Part shown: piece by piece, positions 8,206 to 17,632 of the stretch | How the letters are laid out: each line of letters begins with the position of its first letter | Numbering within the stretch: position 1 is the first letter of the stretch | Virus record (IMG/VR): IMGVR_UViG_3300032304_001218 | Span: 1 to 58,414 of that record | Strand: one strand, 5' to 3' | DNA from: a virus | Taxonomy: Duplodnaviria > Caudoviricetes | Length of the DNA stretch: 58,414 bases | Position numbers and translations under genes: made by a program | The notes under the pieces: model-generated | Seen by the model: only the letters and a program-made list of their open reading frames with translations | Told to the model about the DNA's origin: nothing | Databases searched by the model: none

Positions 8206-8503
8206 TCCGCTATTCAAACCTCCGCGCCACCTTGTAAAAGAATGGCCGGAGGTTTTTGAAGACCTCTACATGAACACTATGCCTGTGGCCTATCTAGATT
8301 CAGTGAGATTAGATTTTACAGATGGTAGAGTATGGGAAATTGATGTGAGAACAGAATTAACCAAACAAACCCCCGAGGGAATCGCAGAGATTCTGTTCAG
8401 TACTCTGCAAGAATACAAAGATGAAATTAAGAAAATTGATTTCAAAGTCGATATCGAAAAGCTTAAAAAAGACATATTAGATTCAACTAAAACAATATTA
8501 TAA
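8198..8503 (+). CDS. Hypothetical phage protein
   Basis: 101-aa ORF; last gene of the + block, converging on the radical SAM cluster. Confidence 0.65.
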   Translation: MPNPLFKPPRHLVKEWPEVFEDLYMNTMPVAYLDSVRLDFTDGRVWEIDVRTELTKQTPEGIAEILFSTLQEYKDEIKKIDFKVDIEKLKKDILDSTKTIL

Positions 8504-9724
8504 TTTTATAAATTGTATATTTCTAACCTGTTCATAGAATTTTATACGTTCTAAAAATTCTTTGTACAGTATCGGATTGCCAGGAGTGGCATTTATTTTT
8601 TCGAAGTAACTTCTAAGCATATCAAATCTTTGAGTATCCCAAAAACTATTTAGAAAAGTTTGATTTTTTTCTTCCCACTTAGAATAATCTTCATAACATT
8701 GCTGTTTGATATGAGTTGGTAGATTAATTGGGTCAGCCCAATTAGGAGAATACACATAGTTAAACATCGGATGGCATTCTATTGAAGTGCATTGTGTGGT
8801 AATATCTTTTATCCAATCCAAATATTGTACAAAGTTTTGAATATTCAAAGAGCTAAAGGTAGAATGAATTTGTATTGATATGTTATCTTGATCTTTAGCA
8901 ATTTGATCAACAGTATGTAAATTTGTGATCAGCTTATCCCATTTCATAGGAAACCGTATAAATTCATTTAGTTCAGCATAAGCATCGACACTTACACACA
9001 GATAAACTTTTTTAAATTTTTTCCAGCATTCTAAAATTTCTCTAGGCAATTTAGTTAAATTACTATTATAACTTATTGTGATATTCTTAGCTACATCTAA
9101 CTCTATTAATTTTTTTAGGAAATCTTGGTGTTCAATAATCAAAGGTTCGCCGCCTACAATGTGTATTCTTTGAACATTTGCAATATATCCGTACAATTTT
9201 TCAAACACTGCTGTGTCATTAAACCAATCTAGTTTTATAAGTCTTTTATATGTTGTTTCAGTAATCTGTTTAGTTTCAAATTCTTCTTTTAGAAATAGGG
9301 TGCTATTATATCCGTTGCACATAACACATTTTAAATTACATCTGTTGCCAAAAGTAATATCTAAATATAAAAATTCTAAATTTTTAATAGTTCCATCTGG
9401 TTCACAGTTAGCTAACCAATCATCTGATTCGTTGTCGGTTTGAAAACTTTCGTTAAACCATTGTCGCCAGGATACCTGTCCTTGATCTTCAATTTCCCAA
9501 CATTTTTTACAACTAGGATGCCTACGATCTTCGATCATAAATTGTCGAACTTCTTTGTGTAAAGGATTGTTATATTCCTTATCTAAATCAAAATCTGGTT
9601 CAGATATCGACTTATTTAAAAACACTCTACCCCAAGCATCGTTATTACAACATATTCGTGTTTTTCCAGCGTTATCAATACTGAAAGCTGTAAACGGATA
9701 TAAACAAAAATTTTTTCTTGTCAT
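8498..9724 (-). CDS. Radical SAM protein with N-terminal twitch-like Fe-S domain
   Basis: FCLYPF...RICC...SCKKCW N-terminal Cys cluster, CNLKCVMC (CxxxCxxC) and VGGEPL. Confidence 0.85.
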   Translation of the reverse strand: MTRKNFCLYPFTAFSIDNAGKTRICCNNDAWGRVFLNKSISEPDFDLDKEYNNPLHKEVRQFMIEDRRHPSCKKCWEIEDQGQVSWRQWFNESFQTDNESDDWLANCEPDGTIKNLEFLYLDITFGNRCNLKCVMCNGYNSTLFLKEEFETKQITETTYKRLIKLDWFNDTAVFEKLYGYIANVQRIHIVGGEPLIIEHQDFLKKLIELDVAKNITISYNSNLTKLPREILECWKKFKKVYLCVSVDAYAELNEFIRFPMKWDKLITNLHTVDQIAKDQDNISIQIHSTFSSLNIQNFVQYLDWIKDITTQCTSIECHPMFNYVYSPNWADPINLPTHIKQQCYEDYSKWEEKNQTFLNSFWDTQRFDMLRSYFEKINATPGNPILYKEFLERIKFYEQVRNIQFIKL

Positions 9725-10680
9725 TTTTCTTTAGTAATTAAAATATCTGTACCGCAATGACAATAATCTTTTTGGCAAATTACAGCCTGTGAATTAATAT
9801 CAAATGCTGAAAACACATTTCCTAGTATAGGACCCTGTCCGCAGCTTGCTGCTTTCATAGTTCCAGTCGGACTTATAAAAATAGATTCATTAACATTACA
9901 TCTCCAACCCTTAAAGAAATTACGTTGTTCTGCTATTAATCTATTGCTATTTATAATCTTAGAAGATCCATCATCATAGTATTCAGTACATGATAGATTT
10001 ACAGTTGACATAGGTTTGTCTATTGATGTATAACTTTCAAAACTATTGTGTTTAAAAAATTCATTTATTCTAGGATCAGTGTAATTCCAGGGAACAGCAT
10101 TGACACTCATCTCATCTAATAAAGGAACCCACTCCAAATTATAGTTCTTTAATCTTTGCTTTACTTCTAAACCTAAGCTAATCATATCATCAAATTTATC
10201 CTCAAGCATCATCATACGCAGACAAAGGTAATTTATTTTATCCTGTAAAAATTCTGCAACTTTAAAAAAATTATCCTTGTCGGCAAATTCTGGATGATAA
10301 CTCGCAACTACATCATCAAACAAATTATAATTTTTTTCCCACCAATTTAATTTTCTACTTAGATTAGTATTGATTCCTAACGTAACATTTGCCTTTAGCT
10401 CTTGTTTGAAAAAATTTGAAACAGGAATTAAATTTTTCCATATTGTAGGTTCCCCTCCACTATAAAAAATTTTAAAATTAACATATCCAATAGAACGATA
10501 ATGATCTAAAATATTCTTCAAATTAGGCAATAGTATATCTAAATTATTCTCATTTCTATGAGATCCGTTCCAGTTCCCTTCATTACAATAACTGCATCTA
10601 TAATTACAAAAATTGTTTACCTGCCATGTAATCGATACATATGGGCTTTCAGTTGGGCGTATAGCAATTAGATTAGACAA
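9721..10680 (-). CDS. Radical SAM protein with C-terminal Cys-rich (twitch/SPASM-like) domain
   Basis: CNYRCSYC, YSGGEPT, INTNLS and C-terminal GWRC...ASCGQ...ICQKDYCHC. Confidence 0.85.
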   Translation of the reverse strand: MSNLIAIRPTESPYVSITWQVNNFCNYRCSYCNEGNWNGSHRNENNLDILLPNLKNILDHYRSIGYVNFKIFYSGGEPTIWKNLIPVSNFFKQELKANVTLGINTNLSRKLNWWEKNYNLFDDVVASYHPEFADKDNFFKVAEFLQDKINYLCLRMMMLEDKFDDMISLGLEVKQRLKNYNLEWVPLLDEMSVNAVPWNYTDPRINEFFKHNSFESYTSIDKPMSTVNLSCTEYYDDGSSKIINSNRLIAEQRNFFKGWRCNVNESIFISPTGTMKAASCGQGPILGNVFSAFDINSQAVICQKDYCHCGTDILITKEK

Positions 10681-13118
10681 GATAACTCCGGAAAAGTGTG
10701 ATTGAAATTTGTTTTTCTGTGTTTGTCTAACATCATATTAAACTCTAAAAACTGTGTGAATTGAGAACCTGTGTGAATATCATTCATATAATAATCATAC
10801 ATTTTTTCAAAAACCTCATGTCCCACATATAATTTTAAATTTTTACATTTTTCAATCTCAGTTTTAAGATGATCTACCGCGGTTTTTCTAATGGGTTGTG
10901 ACCATATTGATGTTCTAAGAAAACTTGGGTTGTCAAGAAAAATTGGATACCAACCAACTGGCCTAGATTCAGCTATTTGATCTATATACTTCAAAATATC
11001 GGATAATGAAAATAAATTGTAAGCACTCAATACAGTATAAAACACTATCTTGATAGAGTTTATATCTAGAATTTTTTTAACGTTTTTATTAAAATCATCC
11101 CATTGAATAGGATGTCTAATATAATTTGCCTGATCGCCAACTCCGTCAATACTTATTTGTATTTCATTTCTTGGAAAGTTTTTCATTAAGTTTAACAACT
11201 CACTATCAGCTGTCGTACCGTTAGTTGTAAAACTCACAAAACAATTTGTGTTATCTGTTTCGATAAGATTTTTTAACAAAATTCGATTTTCTTTAATTAA
11301 TGTAGGTTCGCCGCCAGTCAAATATATTCTGTTCAAATTAGCCGCCGCAGTTTCTATATTCTTTTCATACTGTTGAGTTTTATACCAACGATTAATATTT
11401 TTTGGAACTTGATATTCATCTTTCCAAAGTGTGTTCAAGGACAAATTTGTTTTTTCTTTATTGAGAATCCTAATTCTTTCTTCATTTACTTTACTAGAAC
11501 TGTATCCCCAACAGGAATTACAAGTCAAATTACAGGTGTTTCCTAATCTTAATTCTAAACTTTTCAAACTGTCTATTGGTACGGTTTTTTTAACTAAAAA
11601 ATTATTAACTGCTTTGTGAATGTCGATATCGTTGATATACTGTCTATTGCTCTGTGTTCGACTACTACTTCCTGTTAGTGTTTCATGTCGGTAGCAGTCT
11701 TTACATTCTTTTACCTGTTCCCGAAACAACATCTTACGACGAACTTCGTTCATGTGTTCACTGTTCCAAATACTTTCCACTGAATCCGAACCGAGATTAT
11801 ATTCTGTACCATCGGTCTTTTTTATATGTAAGTTTTCTCTAATATTACAGCACAACTTTACGCTACCGTCAGTGTTGCTGTTTAGATTGAAAAAAGGAAA
11901 AACACAAAAAGTTTCAGACTTGATGCTAGGATTTGTTATATGTTTCTTTAATTCAGGGAACACTGAAAATACATTTTCTAATCTAATATCATCAATTTGT
12001 TCATTTACATACAAAAACTTTTCTAATAATTTGTATTGTGATTCTGGATCTGTTTTTAAGAAATTTATAACACTTTCAAATTGTTTTATAATTTGACTTT
12101 CAATTTCTTCTTGTAAATTTTTTCCTTTTATCCAAGTTATTAAATCTTGCCAACGTTTGATAATAGAATTTTTATTTAATAATGCATTTGCCTGATGTCT
12201 TTGCGGATGAGTGAGAATGTTCAACCTAATGTTGCCAGGCTCTAATAAGTCTTGCTCTACCCAGTCTTTGTAAAAATCCGGAAAGTGCCATACATTAAAT
12301 AGGCTGATAGTAGGAGTAATAAAAAACTGACATCCAGATAACTGTTTGATTCTTTTTCTATTAGCGATAATGTTCTTCCATACAGTACCCTTCCTTAAAT
12401 ATTCTGCTCTATTACCCGATGCATCTAAACTGGCATATACTTTTACATTAGAAAATTTACTCCATAATTCGAATAAATCAGTATCTTTGTACTTTAACGT
12501 TGATAAATTTGTGGTATAAAACAAACTGACATCAAATTTTTCTAATTCTATTAGTTTTTGTAAAGCGGCATAATGTTCTTCTTGCATTAAAGCTTCACCA
12601 CCGGCAAAAACTATTTCATCGGCTGTTGATAATGCCTGCTCATAATAATCCCAAAATTTATTCCTTGGAATCTGAATTATTCCTGGATCAGACCCGCCAG
12701 TTATAAAAGGAATTTCTTGTCCCCATTTACTACTAAGTTCGGGCCCGCACGTACGGCATTTAAAATTGCAAATATTACTAAATCTTATATCAAGATATTT
12801 GACATCTTGCATTTGATTTGTTCTAGCGTCAATGACCTGTTGTTGAGTTGTTTCGTATTGTTCGGTGGTAGTCATTCGCAACGTTTCTATACCAGATGCT
12901 TCTAAGGTATAACATCGATTACACCCTTTTGGTTTTTCGCCATTTAATAATTGTTCTCTCAAATTTTTATAATTGCTGTTGTTTACTAGCTCATTGATAT
13001 TTTCATGATTGGCGTTCCCTAATGGGCTAGCCGAATCGTACATACAGCAAGGAAATACTGAACCATCAGGCCAGGCGTGTATACCTATCCACGGTTGCAA
13101 ACAAAAAGTGTTATTCAT
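10668..13118 (-). CDS. Tandem double twitch-radical SAM fusion protein
   Basis: Unit 1: FCLQPW..PCC..GCNRC, CNFKCRTC, AGGEAL. Unit 2: FCVFPF..LCC..ECKDC, CNLTCNSC, TGGEPT. Confidence 0.85.
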   Translation of the reverse strand: MNNTFCLQPWIGIHAWPDGSVFPCCMYDSASPLGNANHENINELVNNSNYKNLREQLLNGEKPKGCNRCYTLEASGIETLRMTTTEQYETTQQQVIDARTNQMQDVKYLDIRFSNICNFKCRTCGPELSSKWGQEIPFITGGSDPGIIQIPRNKFWDYYEQALSTADEIVFAGGEALMQEEHYAALQKLIELEKFDVSLFYTTNLSTLKYKDTDLFELWSKFSNVKVYASLDASGNRAEYLRKGTVWKNIIANRKRIKQLSGCQFFITPTISLFNVWHFPDFYKDWVEQDLLEPGNIRLNILTHPQRHQANALLNKNSIIKRWQDLITWIKGKNLQEEIESQIIKQFESVINFLKTDPESQYKLLEKFLYVNEQIDDIRLENVFSVFPELKKHITNPSIKSETFCVFPFFNLNSNTDGSVKLCCNIRENLHIKKTDGTEYNLGSDSVESIWNSEHMNEVRRKMLFREQVKECKDCYRHETLTGSSSRTQSNRQYINDIDIHKAVNNFLVKKTVPIDSLKSLELRLGNTCNLTCNSCWGYSSSKVNEERIRILNKEKTNLSLNTLWKDEYQVPKNINRWYKTQQYEKNIETAAANLNRIYLTGGEPTLIKENRILLKNLIETDNTNCFVSFTTNGTTADSELLNLMKNFPRNEIQISIDGVGDQANYIRHPIQWDDFNKNVKKILDINSIKIVFYTVLSAYNLFSLSDILKYIDQIAESRPVGWYPIFLDNPSFLRTSIWSQPIRKTAVDHLKTEIEKCKNLKLYVGHEVFEKMYDYYMNDIHTGSQFTQFLEFNMMLDKHRKTNFNHTFPELSCLI

Positions 13119-14481
13119 AGTTTTTACAATTATTATAAAAATCTTTTAAGTCAGGGAAAGTTAAAAGAAAATTCGTTCCTCGTCTACGATCATATTCTGT
13201 GAACCAATTAAAGAAGTCTCTACGACCTTCTTTTATCTTTTCTGGGGTATAGACCGTGGTTTCCATGTATTTTACAACTCTTAGGAATTTCTCATACTCT
13301 AAGTTGCTGAATTTACTGGGATTTTTGTCGTCTAAATTGGATAGAATGAAGTCTAGATAGGTTTTCATGTAAGGCATAAATTCGTCTTTGGGTAGAATAT
13401 TCATATCATACTGCAGAGGTTCTTTGAGAAACGGTGTGTCAAATCTCACTCGTTGTGGTTTATCTTGATCACTGCTGTTGTATTTTTCACGCCATTCTAG
13501 AATTTTAACCAACAATGTTTGAAAATTCGTTACAGTAAGTATATTAAATGTAATCATAAAAGTCACTGGTAGTCTGGTTTTTGTAAGATAACGGTCTAGA
13601 TTGTTTTCCCATAATTCTAAATCTAATCCTGTACGGATGTATTCTGCAGGAGCTCCCCAAGTATCCATGCTTGTGAAAATTTTAAAATTTTTGATCTTGC
13701 CAGTATTAACTAAATTGTTTATTTTTTCAATCAGTCGATCAATCAATATAGATTTTATACCAAAATTACTGTTGATGTTTAATTCTAAATTCGGCAATGG
13801 ATTTATTTCTAGATCATCTAAAAGACGCCATGTGCTTTGTTGTAGCAGAGGTTCACCTCCAGTGATACGCAGTATTGTTAATGTCTTGCGAACTTCAGGC
13901 CACCACCGCCACCATGCTTCTACATAAGGATTAGTTTCTTCCTCGTGAATTTTAAACCAATCAATATCATTACGATGATTTTTAACCATAGTGTAAGGAC
14001 CGTGATCTTTGATTTCTTTGTAATAGCTGCTGCTGTGTTTAGGATGACAATAACCGCATTTGAAATTGCATTCATTACCGAACGATATTTCTATATACTG
14101 GGGATTTATGTTTTGATCCCAGTCACCATTTTTTATCTGTGCAAAACGTTGATCTGTATATATCGTGGCATTTCTTTCTTTTCTATCCGATATATAATCG
14201 TCTCCTAGTTTTTCTATATTCCAACAATAATTACAACCTTTAGGTTTGCCACCATTAAGCATTTCAAGCCGTTCTAGTTTTTTTTCTGTGGTATTATGCA
14301 ATGCACTAGGATCAATCTGTATTTCTTGTAGGGGTATTTTGTGAGGTGCGGGATGATAGCAACTATGCGTTTCTCCTGTTTGTAGATAGATAGTAGTATG
14401 ATGCCATTTAGCCATACAAAACGTAGGACTTATTTCATTCATTATCGGTATAAATGTTTTAATCTTTTCTACATCGTTCAT
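13111..14481 (-). CDS. Radical SAM protein with N-terminal twitch-like domain
   Basis: FCMAKW..HSCYH..GCNYCW, CNFKCGYC and ITGGEPLL. Confidence 0.85.
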   Translation of the reverse strand: MNDVEKIKTFIPIMNEISPTFCMAKWHHTTIYLQTGETHSCYHPAPHKIPLQEIQIDPSALHNTTEKKLERLEMLNGGKPKGCNYCWNIEKLGDDYISDRKERNATIYTDQRFAQIKNGDWDQNINPQYIEISFGNECNFKCGYCHPKHSSSYYKEIKDHGPYTMVKNHRNDIDWFKIHEEETNPYVEAWWRWWPEVRKTLTILRITGGEPLLQQSTWRLLDDLEINPLPNLELNINSNFGIKSILIDRLIEKINNLVNTGKIKNFKIFTSMDTWGAPAEYIRTGLDLELWENNLDRYLTKTRLPVTFMITFNILTVTNFQTLLVKILEWREKYNSSDQDKPQRVRFDTPFLKEPLQYDMNILPKDEFMPYMKTYLDFILSNLDDKNPSKFSNLEYEKFLRVVKYMETTVYTPEKIKEGRRDFFNWFTEYDRRRGTNFLLTFPDLKDFYNNCKNYE

Positions 14482-16132
14482 TGAACTGTTCCTCTAACCA
14501 AGTAAAATCATTTATCATTTTTAGTGCTTCTAGATTATTTTTATTTTCTAATCCGTAATCTCTTCCAGCTCTAGCACCATTTATTGCATATTCTCCATAC
14601 TGCTTATCTAATCCTTCATTGCACCAGCTGTCTAAACGTTGTTGTGTTTCTTCTTCGAACTGCCGTTCAATTACTCGACTGGCTAGTTTACAACATTCTC
14701 TAAATGCTGATCGCCATGTTGTAAACTCGTCAGTATTAAATTCGTTGATGTTAGACACAGTGTCCATGGCCTTAAATTTCTTAGATATGCTTGTGGTCAT
14801 ATCCGATGTGTTAACATCCATATCTAATGTTAGTTGACGAGGTAACAGTTTAACTCCACCATTGCCGTATTCCAAATTGTTGATAGGATTCCGACTTCTC
14901 CATACATGTACACAATCTATATCATAGCTACTCATAACTAGTTCAAAACCAAAATCATCTTCAATTATAGCATCACCGTCGACAATCCATACCATATCTG
15001 TGTCACATATGCTTACTGCTTTGATATGTGCATTATGAATTCCTTTCACTCCATGTATACGCTTTGCTCTTGGACATTTCTCTAATAAACTTTTGTAGTT
15101 TTTGTCAGCATTAGATTCATTGTAAGATATAAAAACAACATCATATAATTTATGCTTAGACACTACCTCATCATGTTCTTTCTTTTCAATTAAAAATCTA
15201 TGTGAGAATTCTCGTTGACTTATCGGCATTTGTCTTGAAAGCAGCATCAAACTGTTCACTGTGATTTCTTTGCCGTTAAAACTATGTTTAAATGCATGGT
15301 TTATTTTTCGATCGTGATCATATTTTCCGTCGTTGGGATCGAAGTACATATCAAAAATACTGTTGTGTGTAACTTCTATTTCAGGCCAGATACCCCAGAA
15401 TAGCGGTTGTTTTTCTTGTTCGATAACGTTGACATATTCATTATATGATGTGAGAATGTACTTATTATATTGATATTTGCTAACCACTCGGTCATATTCT
15501 TTTTTATCAATAGCATATTGATTGATAAATTCTCGATTTGATAAAGGTTTATATTTGCTGCAAAGAATTACTCCACTGAAGTGCGAAGCATTTTCATTAC
15601 ATAGATTTTTGAATACATGATTTTCTCTACGATCGTAGCGGTTATGGTGACTGAAATATATGTCAAAAATTGTATTATCAATTATAGTAACTTCCGGCCA
15701 TACTAACCAAAACATTTCATCTGTTATTTTTTGATATTCTTCAAATGTGTTAGGAGAATATACATTATATTTTTTTGGGGTGCTTGCAACTATGTCTATT
15801 TCTTTTTTTTCTGTAAAAAATCTATGATGGAATTCTCTTTGAGATATTACAACATTTTTAGGGAATAGACAAATACCGTCATAATGTTCACCGTTTTTAA
15901 ACACATGAACATACATGTCGTCCCATTTAGTAGCTTTATGATCTAATAGATTAAATGAAGTTAGATCTATATCGTCCCAGATAACCCAGAACATTTTAGT
16001 AAATGATTTGGATCTTATTTCTTCGTATGATGTTATGTTTGTAAGACGTTGAGCAAGAGGATACTTAGACTTTATTACTGCCCAGTCTGTATCATTGCCG
16101 TTAGCTTTAGAAACATAAAAAATATCATACAT
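14459..16132 (-). CDS. Glycosyltransferase-like protein: three degenerate N-terminal repeats plus a C-terminal GT-A-like domain
   Basis: C-terminal YDVVFISYNE...KRIHGVKGIHNAH...WIVDGDA (DxD)...YGNGGVKL...WRSAFRE is paralogous to 16125..17018. Confidence 0.65.
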   Translation of the reverse strand: MYDIFYVSKANGNDTDWAVIKSKYPLAQRLTNITSYEEIRSKSFTKMFWVIWDDIDLTSFNLLDHKATKWDDMYVHVFKNGEHYDGICLFPKNVVISQREFHHRFFTEKKEIDIVASTPKKYNVYSPNTFEEYQKITDEMFWLVWPEVTIIDNTIFDIYFSHHNRYDRRENHVFKNLCNENASHFSGVILCSKYKPLSNREFINQYAIDKKEYDRVVSKYQYNKYILTSYNEYVNVIEQEKQPLFWGIWPEIEVTHNSIFDMYFDPNDGKYDHDRKINHAFKHSFNGKEITVNSLMLLSRQMPISQREFSHRFLIEKKEHDEVVSKHKLYDVVFISYNESNADKNYKSLLEKCPRAKRIHGVKGIHNAHIKAVSICDTDMVWIVDGDAIIEDDFGFELVMSSYDIDCVHVWRSRNPINNLEYGNGGVKLLPRQLTLDMDVNTSDMTTSISKKFKAMDTVSNINEFNTDEFTTWRSAFRECCKLASRVIERQFEEETQQRLDSWCNEGLDKQYGEYAINGARAGRDYGLENKNNLEALKMINDFTWLEEQFNERCRKD

Positions 16133-17018
16133 TGTGTGTATGCCGATAGTAAGTTAAACTTAAATTAATAGTCTCGTTATATAAATCTAAGGTGTATCTG
16201 CTTTGTTGTGCATCTAGCCAAGGCCATTCTAATCCTAACTGATGTTTAATTTTTAATCCCAGATCTTTCGCATGTTCTTCTATATATGTATGATTAATAT
16301 TTTGTTCGTAGATATTCCTTAGGATTTCAAAATCACGGACATCTACATAATTCCAATCTGTACAATTAGTCATCCATGTTCCTATACGAGCACCAAGAAT
16401 AGCATATATACCGTTTTCTTGGTGCATTCCAACTGTACTCCACATTCTTAGTCTATGAATGTTATGCCACCAAATACGTTCTCGAATTTCCTGTGGAGGA
16501 ACCTTTTCTCCGTCAAGCAAGGTCATCTTAACACCTTCACGAAATCCGGCTCGCCATGCTTGAAATGGAGATCCCGTAATTATACTAGTGCTATACACAC
16601 TAGGAAAATGCTGGTATCCATCTTCCCAACAAAAATCTACCTGTGCTCGATCACTTGTAGAATTTTCATGTGTTCTCATATCAAGAACAAACTGTTTGTT
16701 CCAGAGTTTTAAACCGCCGTTGCCATATCTCAATCCGTTGACATTATTTTGGCCACACCAGCAGTATACCTGTGTTTTTGGATCGCTCATATCAATGTCT
16801 AAATTAAAAAATTTAGGATCTACAATGTTATCAGCATCTACAGTAATGAACCAATCTGTATCACTTAATTTGGCTGCGGCTTTGTGTGCATGGTCACTGC
16901 CTTTGACTCCGTGAACACGTTTGGCCCAAGGCACCTTGGCACAGAGGTCAGCATAGTGGAGATCAGCATTCGGTTCATCATAGCTTAAAAATACTACGTC
17001 AAATTCTATTATTTTCAT
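16125..17018 (-). CDS. GT-A fold (GT2-like) glycosyltransferase
   Basis: FDVVFLSYDE N-terminal strand, WFITVDADNIV DxD motif, YGNGGLKLW and AWRAGFREG. Confidence 0.65.
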   Translation of the reverse strand: MKIIEFDVVFLSYDEPNADLHYADLCAKVPWAKRVHGVKGSDHAHKAAAKLSDTDWFITVDADNIVDPKFFNLDIDMSDPKTQVYCWCGQNNVNGLRYGNGGLKLWNKQFVLDMRTHENSTSDRAQVDFCWEDGYQHFPSVYSTSIITGSPFQAWRAGFREGVKMTLLDGEKVPPQEIRERIWWHNIHRLRMWSTVGMHQENGIYAILGARIGTWMTNCTDWNYVDVRDFEILRNIYEQNINHTYIEEHAKDLGLKIKHQLGLEWPWLDAQQSRYTLDLYNETINLSLTYYRHTHNV

Positions 17019-17632
17019 TTATACTCTATCGCATATTTTTTGAATAATCTTTTAGTATATACACTAAATTTAGGATAATTAATTTTCTTAATTGTAATTG
17101 TTTTACCTACAAGTTCATTAATAGTCAACGAAACTACTTGTAAAATTTCATTGGGATCATTATACCCGGTAATCAAAAAATCCATAGTGGTATTACCGTC
17201 CCAAACTATGTTCCTAGGACTTCTTTGATTTTTGTATTTTTTAGTTCCGCCGAATTCAGCCGACAACTGTATTTTTAAAGTTTTATCTTTTTTACTGTAA
17301 GTCAAATACATATCAGGATCAGTCATGTCAGTGTATCCGACAGAAATGATTCTATGTAATACGTCGTCTAATTTATTTAGAGTTTGTATTTCTGCTATTT
17401 CAAGTTTTCCTGAATTGATATCTATTAAACATTTTTCAATTTGTATTTCTGCTGAAATTATGCTCTGTGCCAACTCTCGATCTATTGGTACTTGATTGTC
17501 TTGATCAGGAAATGCATAGTCAGGCCCTACACTCAGAACCTTACCAGTTGAAGGGTCAAACACTGCAACATAAGTCACTTCTGGGGGTTTGTATTCAGCT
17601 AACCATTTATCAAAATCTTCTATTGTTTCCAT
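17015..17632 (-). CDS. Hypothetical protein within the glycosyltransferase cluster
   Basis: 205-aa ORF overlapping both neighbours, with a GAGG RBS. Confidence 0.65.
   Translation of the reverse strand: METIEDFDKWLAEYKPPEVTYVAVFDPSTGKVLSVGPDYAFPDQDNQVPIDRELAQSIISAEIQIEKCLIDINSGKLEIAEIQTLNKLDDVLHRIISVGYTDMTDPDMYLTYSKKDKTLKIQLSAEFGGTKKYKNQRSPRNIVWDGNTTMDFLITGYNDPNEILQVVSLTINELVGKTITIKKINYPKFSVYTKRLFKKYAIEYK

Noticed and set aside
9721-10680. Viperin-like antiviral radical SAM (CNYRCSYC and FYSGGEP resemble viperin motifs)
   Set aside because: These motifs are generic to MoaA-like rSAMs. The C-terminal Cys-rich cluster is twitch/SPASM-like and not a viperin feature.
8498-14481. RiPP biosynthetic cluster (rSAM-SPASM maturases)
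   Set aside because: I saw no short precursor peptide, PqqD/RRE domain, protease or transporter. The genes overlap with no room for a precursor, and the neighbours are glycosyltransferases.
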